The notes: generated by a model from the sequence alone, not told the origin. 64,000 bases of DNA from Babesia bigemina (GCF_000981445.1 NC_027217.1:620001-684000), one strand, 5' to 3'; shown: positions 45,182 to 55,609, counted from the first letter of the stretch. Numbers and translations: made by a program.

Positions 45182-48100
45182 TCACGCCCAGACGTTGTCG
45201 CTGGCATCGGCCACTCTGTATGTTTCCACTTCCTCCGCTTTACCACCGCTTACACCACTCAAAAACTCACTATCCTCTGCAATCACATCATCATCTGAAT
45301 TCGATGCGTAACGGCGATATCCTGCGCCTGCTAATAATACAATTATGATGCCTCCAGCGGCACTCATCATGACAGCACTACCAGTACCAGTTCTTTTCGA
45401 AGTTCTACCGTTGTCACTTTGCTCATCCTTCGTTTCACCGTGAATTCGGTTCTCAGAGTGATTGTCGCTGGTACTGATGTTTTGAGTCGCCTTAACAGGT
45501 ACGCTTGAGGATGCAGGCTCACGTTGGTGCTGCTTTGAGTCACCCCCGCTGGGCGCATTTTTATAACCACTATCACCGTCATGAGTTGGCACACCTTCGG
45601 CACCCATCGTTACATGGTTATCGGCTTGCTGTGAATCAGCAGGCCTCCCCATCTCAGTCTCTGTGCTCACCTTTGAATCACGCTGATCCTCCTCATGTTT
45701 GACAGTGCCTTTCTGAGATTCCTCGGTACGCACCTGCGAGTTACTTCCCTCATTTTCACGACCCCTTAGATCCTCATTGCCCTGACCATTGCTGACACCA
45801 CTCGCAAAAGTATGAGCTGAGTCTCCGGTATTCTGCGAAGTGCCGTGATGAGAATCGCCACTAGGTAGCTGCGTGTTACCGCTCACATTAACATGACTAC
45901 CGGAATCCACAGTGCCCTGATCATTGCCAACACCACCCTCAATGGTATTAGTGGAGCTGCCAGTAGTGTGTAATTCAGCAGTTATGGATTCGTCGCCAGT
46001 GGTGCCATTTTCAAGCTGCTCCGACTGCAGTTGCTCAGTCAGTTCAGTTTCCTGCGATGCAGGTTCTTCCTCCGGGTTCCTAGCAGACTCGCTCTCGGTA
46101 GTTGGCAACACTGAAGTAATGGTGTCAGGAACTAAAGCCTGGTTCTCCATCTGCTGATGCTCGTGGGTAGTACCCGATGACACCTCCCTCTCACTGTCGC
46201 CTCCGGCTTGCGTAACACCGACGTCCAAGCTGCCTGGCGTTGACTCCTCGTCACCCTGGCCTCCTAGGCCTTCACGGACATTGTGCTCATGTACGCCTAC
46301 GACAGTCGACTCAGAGTGAGGGGTGCGCTCCCCCTTCTGCTCAGACAAGTCAGCTTCGGAACGCGTAGATACACTACTCTCAGTCTCGCGATTAACAGTC
46401 AATTCATCGCCCTCTTTAGGCAAATCTGATTCCGTTATTGCCACTTCCCTCGGCTCAGTGGCAGATGACCCATGAGATGCAAGGGAGTCAGAATTCTGAG
46501 ATTCCACGTTCGCACTGTTGCCTGCATCGGCAACTGCTACTTCATTATTGCGAGTACCCGGCATAACATTCTCCGCCTCATCAGTCCGAACACCGCTTAC
46601 GCCGTCTTTCGGCAGCTCAGTAGAAGCATGGCCAACTGAATCCACACCTCCCACGGCAGCAATCGGAGATCCGTCCGTGCCGCAACGCTGGGTGTTACAC
46701 AACACCTGCTTAACCTTCACATTTTTCAACAGGTCTTTACATGAACGACCTTTGCCTTCGCCCTCGCCATTGCTGGGGCCCAGCAACTGAGTGAAACCAA
46801 GAAGATTAGCAGTTTGTACACCCGATCCGCATGGCACACTGCAAGGTGTGTAATCAGACCAAGCCTCAAGGCACACAGCATCCCTACCATCGCTACGGCA
46901 GACGTTAGTAATTACACGTCCAACAACACCCATGATGTTCGACGCGCTGGTCGTAAAGTACTTAGGGCAAGCGTAGTGGTAGCGACAACCCATAACAGCA
47001 GGCCAGAACTTTTCTGATTCCTTGCCAATCTCCACAACAAACAGCGTAACACCATTGCGGCGTGCGTTGAATGCCTCATTGCTAGCCAACACTTCGTCGG
47101 CCACTTTTCCCGTTGTGATCAGGAACACGATAGTTTCGATACCAGGCGCATCAACAAAACGCATTTCGCTTGTTTTGTCATCAACTAAGTATTTCTCACG
47201 GTCTTCGTACACCTTCTCACGCAGGAACTTCAGAGCTGCTCCCGGATTGGCTTCCTCAGCGCTGTTCTCAGTGTCGAACATTTCGTCAATCTTTACCGCC
47301 ACGGACCTGATGTTGTCCTTATCAATGATGGTCCTACCCAACACTTCCCTCGCGGTTTTGTCGTAGCTCACTAGCGACAGGGTGTTTGTACCCACCGTTG
47401 CGGATAGTGAGTACGCAAGCATCTTCACAAACGAACGGACTTTTTCGTAATCCACCACGCCCTTAAGTTTTGAGCTATCATCCAACGCGACAATGTAATC
47501 CTTCCCTAACCATTGGCATCTGCGAATCCTGCGGTTCGCAACAGGTGCATACCGAAGCATATCATCTATACCCTTGTCGTCGTCGTACAACCTAGGGATG
47601 TGGGTGGGTCGGGGCATCTCCTTATTTATGTTTTCAATCCTCATGAGCTTTATGTTGACTTCGTTTTGCGGTTCCAATTGTTTAATGGCAACACCACTAA
47701 CGCCCGGTTCATACCACTCTGATTTGAACTTAAATTTCTCGACAGGGATAGATTTGTCAGCCGCTTGCTCTTCCAACTCGTCGTCATCGTTTATCACCCT
47801 AAACTCCTGAGTGTGCATTTCTTTGTGCGCATGTGCAGGCAACTCCTTTGGCATTTCATCATCCAACTCGTTCAGGTCATGGTCGCTGGAATCAATGTAG
47901 TGTTGCCTGGAATTAGTAGAGTCATAGATGGACTCAGGGTATCCTTCGCTGGGACCATTGTAATCAAAGCCGTCAGGATTGTGAGGAGCGCTGGGAGGAT
48001 GGTAATCATAGCTGGTATCATGGTTGTCCTCGCCGTAACCATAGTAGTTAAAGCCGTTAGGATTGTGAGGAGCGCTTGGAGGATGGTAATCATAGCTGGT

Positions 48101-48475
48101 ATCATGGTTGCCTTCTCCGTGACCATAGTCAAACCCATTTGGATTGTACGGAGCGCTGGCACCATAGTACTCGTTGCTGTAACCATTATAGCTTTCTCCG
48201 TGACCATAATCAAAGCCGTTAGGATTGTAGGGAGGGCTGGCACCGTAGTAATCGTTGCTGTAATCCCCGCGAAGATTACCATCGTCGTTCTCAGCCGAAT
48301 CATCGTAGTTCTCATAGTCACCGTCGTATGGATCATAAGCACCATCCGAAGGGGCGACTGCCACCTCCTCAGGCTTTGAATTGCTCACACTTGCCACATG
48401 GCGATAAGCCACGATCTGGTCGCTGCAAATCGCAGACAGCACAGCGAACGCGAAAAAGAATCCCACTCCCAACAT
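45182..48475 (-). CDS. TRAP-family adhesin with Tyr-rich N-terminal repeats and one vWA-TSP1 module, 1097 aa
   Basis: Same signal peptide as the 36737-40693 paralog; vWA and TSR nearly identical to its second module; TM SAAGGIIIVLLAGAGY; tail ETYRVADASDNVWA. Confidence 0.92.
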   Translation of the reverse strand: MLGVGFFFAFAVLSAICSDQIVAYRHVASVSNSKPEEVAVAPSDGAYDPYDGDYENYDDSAENDDGNLRGDYSNDYYGASPPYNPNGFDYGHGESYNGYSNEYYGASAPYNPNGFDYGHGEGNHDTSYDYHPPSAPHNPNGFNYYGYGEDNHDTSYDYHPPSAPHNPDGFDYNGPSEGYPESIYDSTNSRQHYIDSSDHDLNELDDEMPKELPAHAHKEMHTQEFRVINDDDELEEQAADKSIPVEKFKFKSEWYEPGVSGVAIKQLEPQNEVNIKLMRIENINKEMPRPTHIPRLYDDDKGIDDMLRYAPVANRRIRRCQWLGKDYIVALDDSSKLKGVVDYEKVRSFVKMLAYSLSATVGTNTLSLVSYDKTAREVLGRTIIDKDNIRSVAVKIDEMFDTENSAEEANPGAALKFLREKVYEDREKYLVDDKTSEMRFVDAPGIETIVFLITTGKVADEVLASNEAFNARRNGVTLFVVEIGKESEKFWPAVMGCRYHYACPKYFTTSASNIMGVVGRVITNVCRSDGRDAVCLEAWSDYTPCSVPCGSGVQTANLLGFTQLLGPSNGEGEGKGRSCKDLLKNVKVKQVLCNTQRCGTDGSPIAAVGGVDSVGHASTELPKDGVSGVRTDEAENVMPGTRNNEVAVADAGNSANVESQNSDSLASHGSSATEPREVAITESDLPKEGDELTVNRETESSVSTRSEADLSEQKGERTPHSESTVVGVHEHNVREGLGGQGDEESTPGSLDVGVTQAGGDSEREVSSGTTHEHQQMENQALVPDTITSVLPTTESESARNPEEEPASQETELTEQLQSEQLENGTTGDESITAELHTTGSSTNTIEGGVGNDQGTVDSGSHVNVSGNTQLPSGDSHHGTSQNTGDSAHTFASGVSNGQGNEDLRGRENEGSNSQVRTEESQKGTVKHEEDQRDSKVSTETEMGRPADSQQADNHVTMGAEGVPTHDGDSGYKNAPSGGDSKQHQREPASSSVPVKATQNISTSDNHSENRIHGETKDEQSDNGRTSKRTGTGSAVMMSAAGGIIIVLLAGAGYRRYASNSDDDVIAEDSEFLSGVSGGKAEEVETYRVADASDNVWA
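47940..48265 (-). repeat. Four 27-28 aa Y/G/N/P/D-rich coding repeats (about 81 bp)
   Basis: Units of the form YYGAS(P/A)PYNPNGFDYGHGE (x2) and YDYHPPSAPHNP(N/D)GF(N/D)Y (x2). Confidence 0.9.
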
Positions 48476-49128
48476 CGTGCGTCACTGGGATGTGTAGGAT
48501 TCCATACAAATGTGTACCTAAGGAACACAGAATAATGGCTTCAATTGTAACTTATTTTGATGCGCATTATTATGCACCTAATACGACGTGTTGTGCGACG
48601 TTGTAGATAAATAACGGTATGAAGGTCAGAGGGGTGCAATGTGTAGCACAGCGACATCGCTTCACTGGCCCCGAGGTGCGGTTGAAATCGACGGCCGGGA
48701 TCAAATGCGATGATGTGCAAATGTTTTTGCGCAGTAATATCATCGGTAAGCTCAGCGCAATTTCCATAACCGGAGCGCAAGAGCGCCGCGAACATGCCGT
48801 TCCGTGATGTCGTGATGGCAACGACCGCCAATTTCATTCACGTGGCGTAATTTGTCACATTTACTTGTAAGCACTTTTGGGCAGCCAAACTATCAATGCC
48901 CTGCGAAATGGCAGGATCCGCACTCTGGCCTGAGCCTGTTGGTAGGGCACCTACCTTGTAACGGCTACGGTGTATATACATTTCAGTAGCACATTTCAAA
49001 TCTACCTCCATCACCGTTTATCACGGAATAGCTGAGTTGTGTGCCTGTCACGCTGGTTGTCGACGGTGGTTATTCGTCCGCCTGCAGTGGTAGCTTTGCC
49101 ATTGTTGGCGCGCGCCCATAGGTTCACG

Positions 49129-49520
49129 ATGGTGAGTTCGTGTTAGCGCGCTTCTGTCGCTCGATCTAAAGCGTACGTGCAGCTATTCTTCAACTTCTTC
49201 CAAACGCTGGTCGAGAAGGGCGCGAATGTAACCATTGAGCTGAAAAACGACCTGCAGCTGACTGGGCGGCTCCACGCAGTGGACCAGTATCTGAATTTCA
49301 AGCTGAGCAACGTGACGGCCAACGACACTGAGCGATACCCGCACCTGGTTCGTTGTATCGATATACCAACTGCATTACGTGTCAGCTGTCTGTTGTGAAC
49401 TGCTTTGTGCGAGGTTCGGTGGTGCGGTACGTGTTCCTGAATTCTTCGGACGTCAAGACGGAAGAGCTGCAGGAGCTGTGTCGTCGAGAGGCTATGAAGC
49501 AGAGCTCGGAGAAGAAGTGA
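49129..49520 (+). CDS. LSM2: LSm2, copy 2
   Basis: Appears identical to 41350-41741, including the introns. Confidence 0.93.
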
Positions 49521-49563
49521 CGCTGACTGACTGACTGTCTAGCGCTCTGTAATTCGGGCTTGT

Positions 49564-50146
49564 CTAATGCAGTTTGCCTTTGATGTGTTCCTCTGCATGT
49601 GCGATCATGTTGCACAGCGACTCTTTGTCGCAATACTCGTTGATGTTGCTTGCCGAAACCCATCTGATCGTGCGTGATGTTGCTTGCCTTTACCACTTAC
49701 GCGTGGTCGATGTGTTCGTGCGATAGTGTTATCTTGGAGTCCGGATCTGTCAGCTTTCCCAGATAGTAAACGCACTCCTTGTCCCTGTCGTGTGCCTTGT
49801 ATCTCAGTACCTGCAGCTCATATGTCTCGCATATCGCTAACGCCAAACCTCCTTGAACGACTCGTCAACTTCGATGAGCTCCTTACGCAACCCGGATTCC
49901 TCCCATGTCTCTCTGAATGCGGCGTCCTTGAACGTCTCACCGGGGTCTAAGCGCCCTGTATGCTTGATGTGTTGGAGTTACGCGCTCATCGGGCGACGTA
50001 GTGCTATAGACGTTACCTTTTGGGGGTGTCCAGTGGAACGGCTTGTTTGACGCTTTAAGCAGCAAGTATTTCACTTCCTTCGCAAGTGCGTCGACGGTGT
50101 AAACGATGATGCCCGCTGCCTTTATGATGGCTCCCTCAACCTCCAT
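49564..50146 (-). CDS. Ap4A Nudix hydrolase, copy 2
   Basis: Appears identical to 41785-42367. Confidence 0.88.
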
Positions 50147-50447
50147 GTCTTCGCTGTAGCTGTGGTCGCCTGAATTGCACTGCTCCGTGCCTTCCTCTGA
50201 CTTCGGTTGCTCAGCCAAGTCACTTGTGTCGACGCCGTAGCGTCGCTTGGCCCCTATGCGCGCGTTTAGTATTATTCCCTCTGTTTCAGATCGCTGTGTT
50301 GCGTTTTCGAGTCCGGTGGGCGACGCCCACGTGCCCTATGGACGGTGGCGCGCGCCTTGGCTCAGTGCCGCCACTCGCCTTCCGCCTGCTCCTTGGGGCT
50401 GCAGCACGCGTAGCCGATGCACATTACGCAATGACATAACACGGAAC

Positions 50448-50540
50448 ATGGAGGGATCGCAGCAGATATTCGATGGGCGATCCGGTAGATTAGCTATATA
50501 TCTGTGTTTTGTTTTGCCAAAGTTGTTATGTTATAAGTAA
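50448..50540 (+). pseudogene. CDC73 5' stub (first 9 codons) fused to unrelated sequence at the duplication breakpoint
   Basis: MEGSQQIFD matches the CDC73 start, then the frame runs GRSGRLAIYLCFVLPKLLCYK* in AT-rich non-homologous DNA. Confidence 0.85.
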
Positions 50541-51418
50541 ACATGTAATCGGGAGAGATATGTGCACATTGTCGGTACTAGACAGTAGCAGCACTTGGAA
50601 AACCCTGTGATATAATCGTCGGTATAACATGTGTTCATTTAGCGATGTTCTTGCACATTACCTTACACATTATGAATAATATGTGTAAATAGTGTTTTTC
50701 GCTTGTTTCGGTGCGCTGAACTTTGTGTAGTGATTCATTTTACCTACTACGCCACTCGCCTGCGCCGATGTGTGGTTTGTGCTCGGTAGCTTCAGTTGCA
50801 TTCACTGTTGTTTCGCGGTTGCCGTAACGATTTTACTATGTCAAACCCGCTGGAATGTTACGAAAAGTTGGACTTCAACACTCGACAGCAGCCCTTGTAC
50901 TCCCATGTATCTTTACTAGTCAAGCCATAATATCGCCATCAGGTTATAGAGAACTTTCCCAAATCTGACCGACCCGATGTGGTAGTACGTCTGTGCCGTT
51001 GCTGGCAGTCCCACAAGTTTCCCTACTGCGATGACACCCATAAAGTGCGTTGAGTGTGTTTCCCTGCTAACGTGTTCAGCTGCTAGTTGAGAACGGGGAT
51101 GACGTGGGGCCGTTCGTGGCCCACATACGCGCTGAGAGAAGCAAGAAGCGGGAGTATGTGAAGCTGCGCCAACGTGAGACTGTGCCGGGGGTCTCGCGTC
51201 CGTCGGCGCTTCATCGCATGCCGTCGTCACGGGCCCTTGCTTTGGGTTAGTGCTGCGTTGACATTTAATCACGGTTCAGTGTCAATAGCTACTGTGGCCG
51301 CGGGATCGTTGCTTGGCGTAATCGGCATGGTTTGACTTATTCAACTGTATAGCAATTAAGCTCTGCATTTGTTCTGGTCGCGCGCGTAGAGTATCCAATA
51401 CTTGTTCGTCCGTCGCCC

Positions 51419-52594
51419 TTACACGTCGTCCACATTTGTACAGCTTTCATCGTGGACGTGGGCATCGTCCACGACGGCTCCAACGACCAAATCCTCTACC
51501 ACTTCCGGCTGAGGGCAACTTTCTGCCTCATCCGTCTGACCGTTCTCGGAGTCGTCGTGGTCAGTCCTTTCCCACGGTTCCTCGGAGGTGACGTCAAATG
51601 CGGGCCTCCTGCCCTTTAATGTCTGATCGCCCACGAGTGGACCTTTGGTGAGGTGTATTGGAACGCTCCTCCCTGGGTCGTAAATTGGCCGCGCCTTTAG
51701 GGTTGCGTTGCAGAGCAGCTGCATCTTGGCACGGCTGAACATGGTATCCGCTATGTTGCGCATGATGCCTCGGTTCCACGGGTTGTACTCTGTATAAAGC
51801 GCCTTGAGCTGCTCGTTCGTCGTCTTGTTCATGCCAATGATGTACGTGTGGTATGCCGTGAGGCCGACGATGAACCATCCGCACAAAAGCATGTAGCTGA
51901 GCAACACGGCGCTGTGAATTATGGCTGCCGTGTCCCAATAGTTCGTGCTGACCATCACGATACGTAGTATAGAGAACGCAGCGAAGAGGATGTTCTCCAA
52001 GCACGTGCAGGTGATGAATAAGTAAAAAACCCTGTAGTTGTTGCCACCGATGCAGTTTCGCAGCCACTTGCAGTGATGGTCGAACCTGTGGACGCATACA
52101 TCGCACACGTTGCAGTGCACGCTCCGTGGGGGGCGGTATATGTTGCACGTGTGGCAGTACTTCACCCTCAGGAACTTACCGGCGATGGCGACCTCTATGC
52201 ATGGCGGCGCGTAGGAGTACTTGCGCTTCATCCGGATGGCGTCGTACGCGTCGCTACTGTCAGCCATCTTGGGGATGATGCCAGGGTTCATGCACGAAAC
52301 CGCGTGGAAGCATATCAGGGCTAAAGCTGCGATAATATAGATGACGGTGGGCACACCCGGCCCGTGATAGGTCGTGTACCAACCGAAGGCAGTCGCCGCG
52401 AAGTATATGACAGGGGTGTAGAGCAGCAACAGAGTGACGAGCTTGATTATGCGCTCGTCTTCGATGAATCGGTGGACGGATTGCTTCACTGCATCCACGA
52501 ACCGCTGCGCGGCATGCCTGGGGGCGGCTCCTTCTTGTACGCCATCTACGTGGTCTCTGCTCCCGCAGCAGCGCGACATGGTAGAGGCGTTCAT
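51419..52594 (-). CDS. DHHC palmitoyltransferase (Erf2-like)
   Basis: KYCHTCNIYRPPRSVHCNVCDVCVHRFDHHCKWLRNCIG, TTNE motif and four hydrophobic segments. Confidence 0.95.
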   Translation of the reverse strand: MNASTMSRCCGSRDHVDGVQEGAAPRHAAQRFVDAVKQSVHRFIEDERIIKLVTLLLLYTPVIYFAATAFGWYTTYHGPGVPTVIYIIAALALICFHAVSCMNPGIIPKMADSSDAYDAIRMKRKYSYAPPCIEVAIAGKFLRVKYCHTCNIYRPPRSVHCNVCDVCVHRFDHHCKWLRNCIGGNNYRVFYLFITCTCLENILFAAFSILRIVMVSTNYWDTAAIIHSAVLLSYMLLCGWFIVGLTAYHTYIIGMNKTTNEQLKALYTEYNPWNRGIMRNIADTMFSRAKMQLLCNATLKARPIYDPGRSVPIHLTKGPLVGDQTLKGRRPAFDVTSEEPWERTDHDDSENGQTDEAESCPQPEVVEDLVVGAVVDDAHVHDESCTNVDDV

Positions 52595-53637
52595 ACGGGG
52601 CTGGTGCTGAGGCTCCTCGTCATCCCGTTCCTACAGTGTGTCGTGTAGCTGACGACCTCGCAGCAAGCACACCTCCGAAGACACTGCGATGCGCCCTTCA
52701 CTGCCAGACTACACAATGTGCAAGCTTTGTTGCGCAATCTTCCAGCGTTTTGAAACGATGTGTGTCGGATACAGACCGTCGTCACTGCGTGGCGGGAGTT
52801 GCGGGCGACGCCATTCAGACGTTGTCTCCGCAGCCGAGATTCGCAAGATTCCTTACACTGGGGACTCGCACCTATGTGGCGCGACACTGAAATGTGCGGT
52901 TTCGTTCAGGTGTGTTGTAGTGGCGTCGGGTGGTCATACTCCGCGTGATGGTCGGACAGAGAGTTGCAGCGCGTACCGGGGCGGCAGCCGATACTCCGAA
53001 CTAATAATCATGATGTGTATGGAGGTTATATGAACACCTGTCAGGAGTGTAGAGACAAGTGTCGCACAGCGAATTTTCTCCTAATGCTATGCACATGTGA
53101 CCCGCACGGACTCGCATCAAATGCCACTGCTGAGTCCCTCAACAGTTGATAACAGCGCCACTATTACACAAATTACTGCCGCGTCTCGTTCCTTTAAAAT
53201 AATGTGCGGTTCTCGCAACTGGATACAGCTTACACATTCGTAGTCAAACCGACAGGTGAGCTTGCGCTCAACCAGAGGACACTCGACGTGCCACCGCGAT
53301 GTACCGCGCTGTCATATCGTAGAGCCAATAGAATCTGCCAGGAATCCACGTCTGCGCAGCCCTGTTACTCTGCTCGGTGTGTAGGCAACCGGTCTCAACC
53401 AGCCTCTCCTCCGGATCGCTGCGCGCACGTAATGCGGTCGGCCGCATAGTCCTAAATATTCATATATAACTCTGCTGCAGAATATCGGCGTGTCAGCATT
53501 TTCCCGGCTACGCCGCCGCAGCATGACGTGAAGTGTCGACCCGGCCGGCATAGGTATTTTTGCCGGGCAGCAGCACAATTTTTATCGCACAGTTGTGCGT
53601 CTAGCTTCAGAGTTGCTCTACGCCAGTTGGAAGCACG

Positions 53638-54528
53638 ATGCCGCGTTTGAACGGCGTCAACTCCAAGGCGCTGGAGGCCAAGCAGCGCAAGAAGGAGCAG
53701 CGCGAGGCTATCGAGCGTAAAAAGGAGGCTGAGGCGCTCGACAAATACTGGGAAGACAATGACAAGCTAGTACAGGCAAAGCAGGAACGCAAGGTCAGTG
53801 CCATACCACGCGGTGGACACGTTGCAGCTGGAGGCCCAGCGACGGCAGCAGGAGCGCCTGCAGCGCAAGCAGGAGACGCGGCAGCTGCTGGAGAAGGAGG
53901 ACGCGGAGCTTGTGTCAAACAAGACCTGCGCAAAGGTAGGCGAGCGCACAACACGCTCATGACGGTGCAGGGAGCGGCTGTCCCGAAGGTGACGCGCGCA
54001 GAAATCCTCCGTATACAAGCACTTCAAGCCGAAGCACGCGCCAAGGAGGCGGCGAGCCGCGAGGTTGGTGGCGTTTCCCCGCAGTATCAGCGAGCGATAG
54101 GAAAACCCATACTGCGACGTGACCCTGGGCAACATGAACCACGAGAACATGCGGGAACGCATGCTGCTCGAGGAGCAGAATATCGACCTCGTGAAGGGTG
54201 CGTTTACGCCGCGTCGTTGGCTCAAGTGGTGCAGCATCCGGGCTGGACGAGGTATTGGACGCGCTGGCGATCGGGCCCAGGGTGGACGCGAACGCGGAGA
54301 AGCGAGTGAAGGCGGTACGTGGTGGTCACTGGCGTAACAGCGTGCGGCGCAGGCGTACGACGCATTCGAGGAGCGCAAGATGGCGGAACTGAAGGCCGAG
54401 TATCCAAACCTCAAGTTCTCGCAGTACAAGGACATGATATTCAAAGCCGTAAGTTAAGCGCTGCTGCGTCTCACCGTTCTCAGTGGAAAAAGTCGCCAGA
54501 GAATCCCATGGTGGCGCGCAGGCTTTAG
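53638..54528 (+). CDS. CCDC124: CCDC124/Lso2-family protein, multi-exon
   Basis: GVNSKALEAKQRK...DKYWED at the N-terminus; EKRVKAAYDAFEERKMAELKAEYPNLKFSQYKDMIFKAWKKSPENPM at the C-terminus after splicing. Confidence 0.9.
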
Positions 54529-54685
54529 GGGGAGTCTCACGCACTCCGGGTTGCTCCCAAACTGTTGTGGCAGCACCCGGCGGAAAGCTCGCGACGGCTC
54601 GGAGCCGGGACGTGGATGCGGCGAGGGCCGCCACATCGTGGAGCCGCTTGGGGCGGTTGCTTAACATCATTCGTAAAGCAGTAGT

Positions 54686-55255
54686 ATGTACACCTCAGTA
54701 CGCAGCACTCGCGGGGTGCGCAACAGAGAATCCTCTTTGTTAAGCCGTCTGGTATGTGCGCTCAGAGGGAGCCGCGTCCTCGTCACGCTGTCTAACGGCA
54801 CCACCATCGCAGGCGTTGTCGCCTACTACCAGGGCGATATTCGCACGGTGAATGTGCACGACTCGGTGCTCGATTTGCAGTCGTTCGAGGGCCCCGGGCG
54901 CGATCTCCAGTTGCCGCCGGAGATACGTGACGCGTGCCTAAACTCGAAAAGGGCCGGCAGTCAGTTACCAGCGCGGCACAAGATCGTCACGTCGCCTCCG
55001 TCGCATTTTGGGCTCACCGGCGCAACGGTGTGTCTCGCCGGGCGCCGGTACAGCGTGAGCAAGGTGGAGGTGGACGAGAGGTGGGTGAGCACCGTCCTGC
55101 CGAGCGACGGCGGCGCTACGGACACGAAGCCGGGCAGCCGCTCTATTAACACCGCGCCGCAGCTCCGACGGCTGGTGCTGCAGCAGCCGGCCGACGAAAT
55201 CAAAAACGCAGCCTTTTTGCGCTGCAGCCGGATAGGCGAACACAACTTAAAATAA
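54686..55255 (+). CDS. Divergent Sm/LSm-fold protein, 189 aa (LSm10-like candidate)
   Basis: SLLSRLVCALRGSRVLVTLSNGTTIAGVV fits a helix plus Sm1 motif; a possible Sm2 (SINTAPQLRRLVL) follows a long insertion. Confidence 0.55.
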   Translation: MYTSVRSTRGVRNRESSLLSRLVCALRGSRVLVTLSNGTTIAGVVAYYQGDIRTVNVHDSVLDLQSFEGPGRDLQLPPEIRDACLNSKRAGSQLPARHKIVTSPPSHFGLTGATVCLAGRRYSVSKVEVDERWVSTVLPSDGGATDTKPGSRSINTAPQLRRLVLQQPADEIKNAAFLRCSRIGEHNLK

Positions 55256-55280
55256 ACTAGTTCACATTCACACCTGTGTG

Positions 55281-55609
55281 TCAGTGGTACGCCTTCCTGT
55301 AGTTTTCCAACTCCTGGAGGATGCGCTTAACAAAGTCCGATTCGACGTCCTCGTCGTCCCACCCTGCGTAGCGCTATCACGCACGACGGCCACGCTAACC
55401 TGCGGTCTCCCAGTCGTCGTTCCAGTTGGAAATCTCGGGGTCCTCGGCGGTGACCACGTTTTCTGCGCGAGTTCGCGGAGGCGCTCTGGCGTCTAACCTA
55501 TCTCGTCGAACTCTTCCAGCTCGTCGTCCGGCTCGTCAAAGATCTGCATATCGCCGCCCATGTCGACGTCCTCGTCGATTTCGATGGAATCCTTGTTGTC
55601 GTTCTCCAT
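55281..55609 (-). CDS. SEM1: SEM1/DSS1 proteasome lid subunit, 3 exons
   Basis: Manual splice gives ...DDELEEFDEI...NWNDDWETAGWDDEDVESDFVKRILQELENYRKAYH*, matching the DSS1 pattern. Not recovered in the ORF track. Confidence 0.88.

Larger units (their letters stand above)
48422..50473. repeat. Segmental duplication, copy 2
   Basis: Near-identical to 40640-42694; the duplicated ORFs in the track are offset by 7779 bp. Confidence 0.95.

Noticed and set aside
40640..50473. Direct repeats as LTRs or a composite transposon
   Set aside because: The repeats contain host genes with introns, and no transposase, reverse transcriptase, terminal inverted repeats or target-site duplication was seen.
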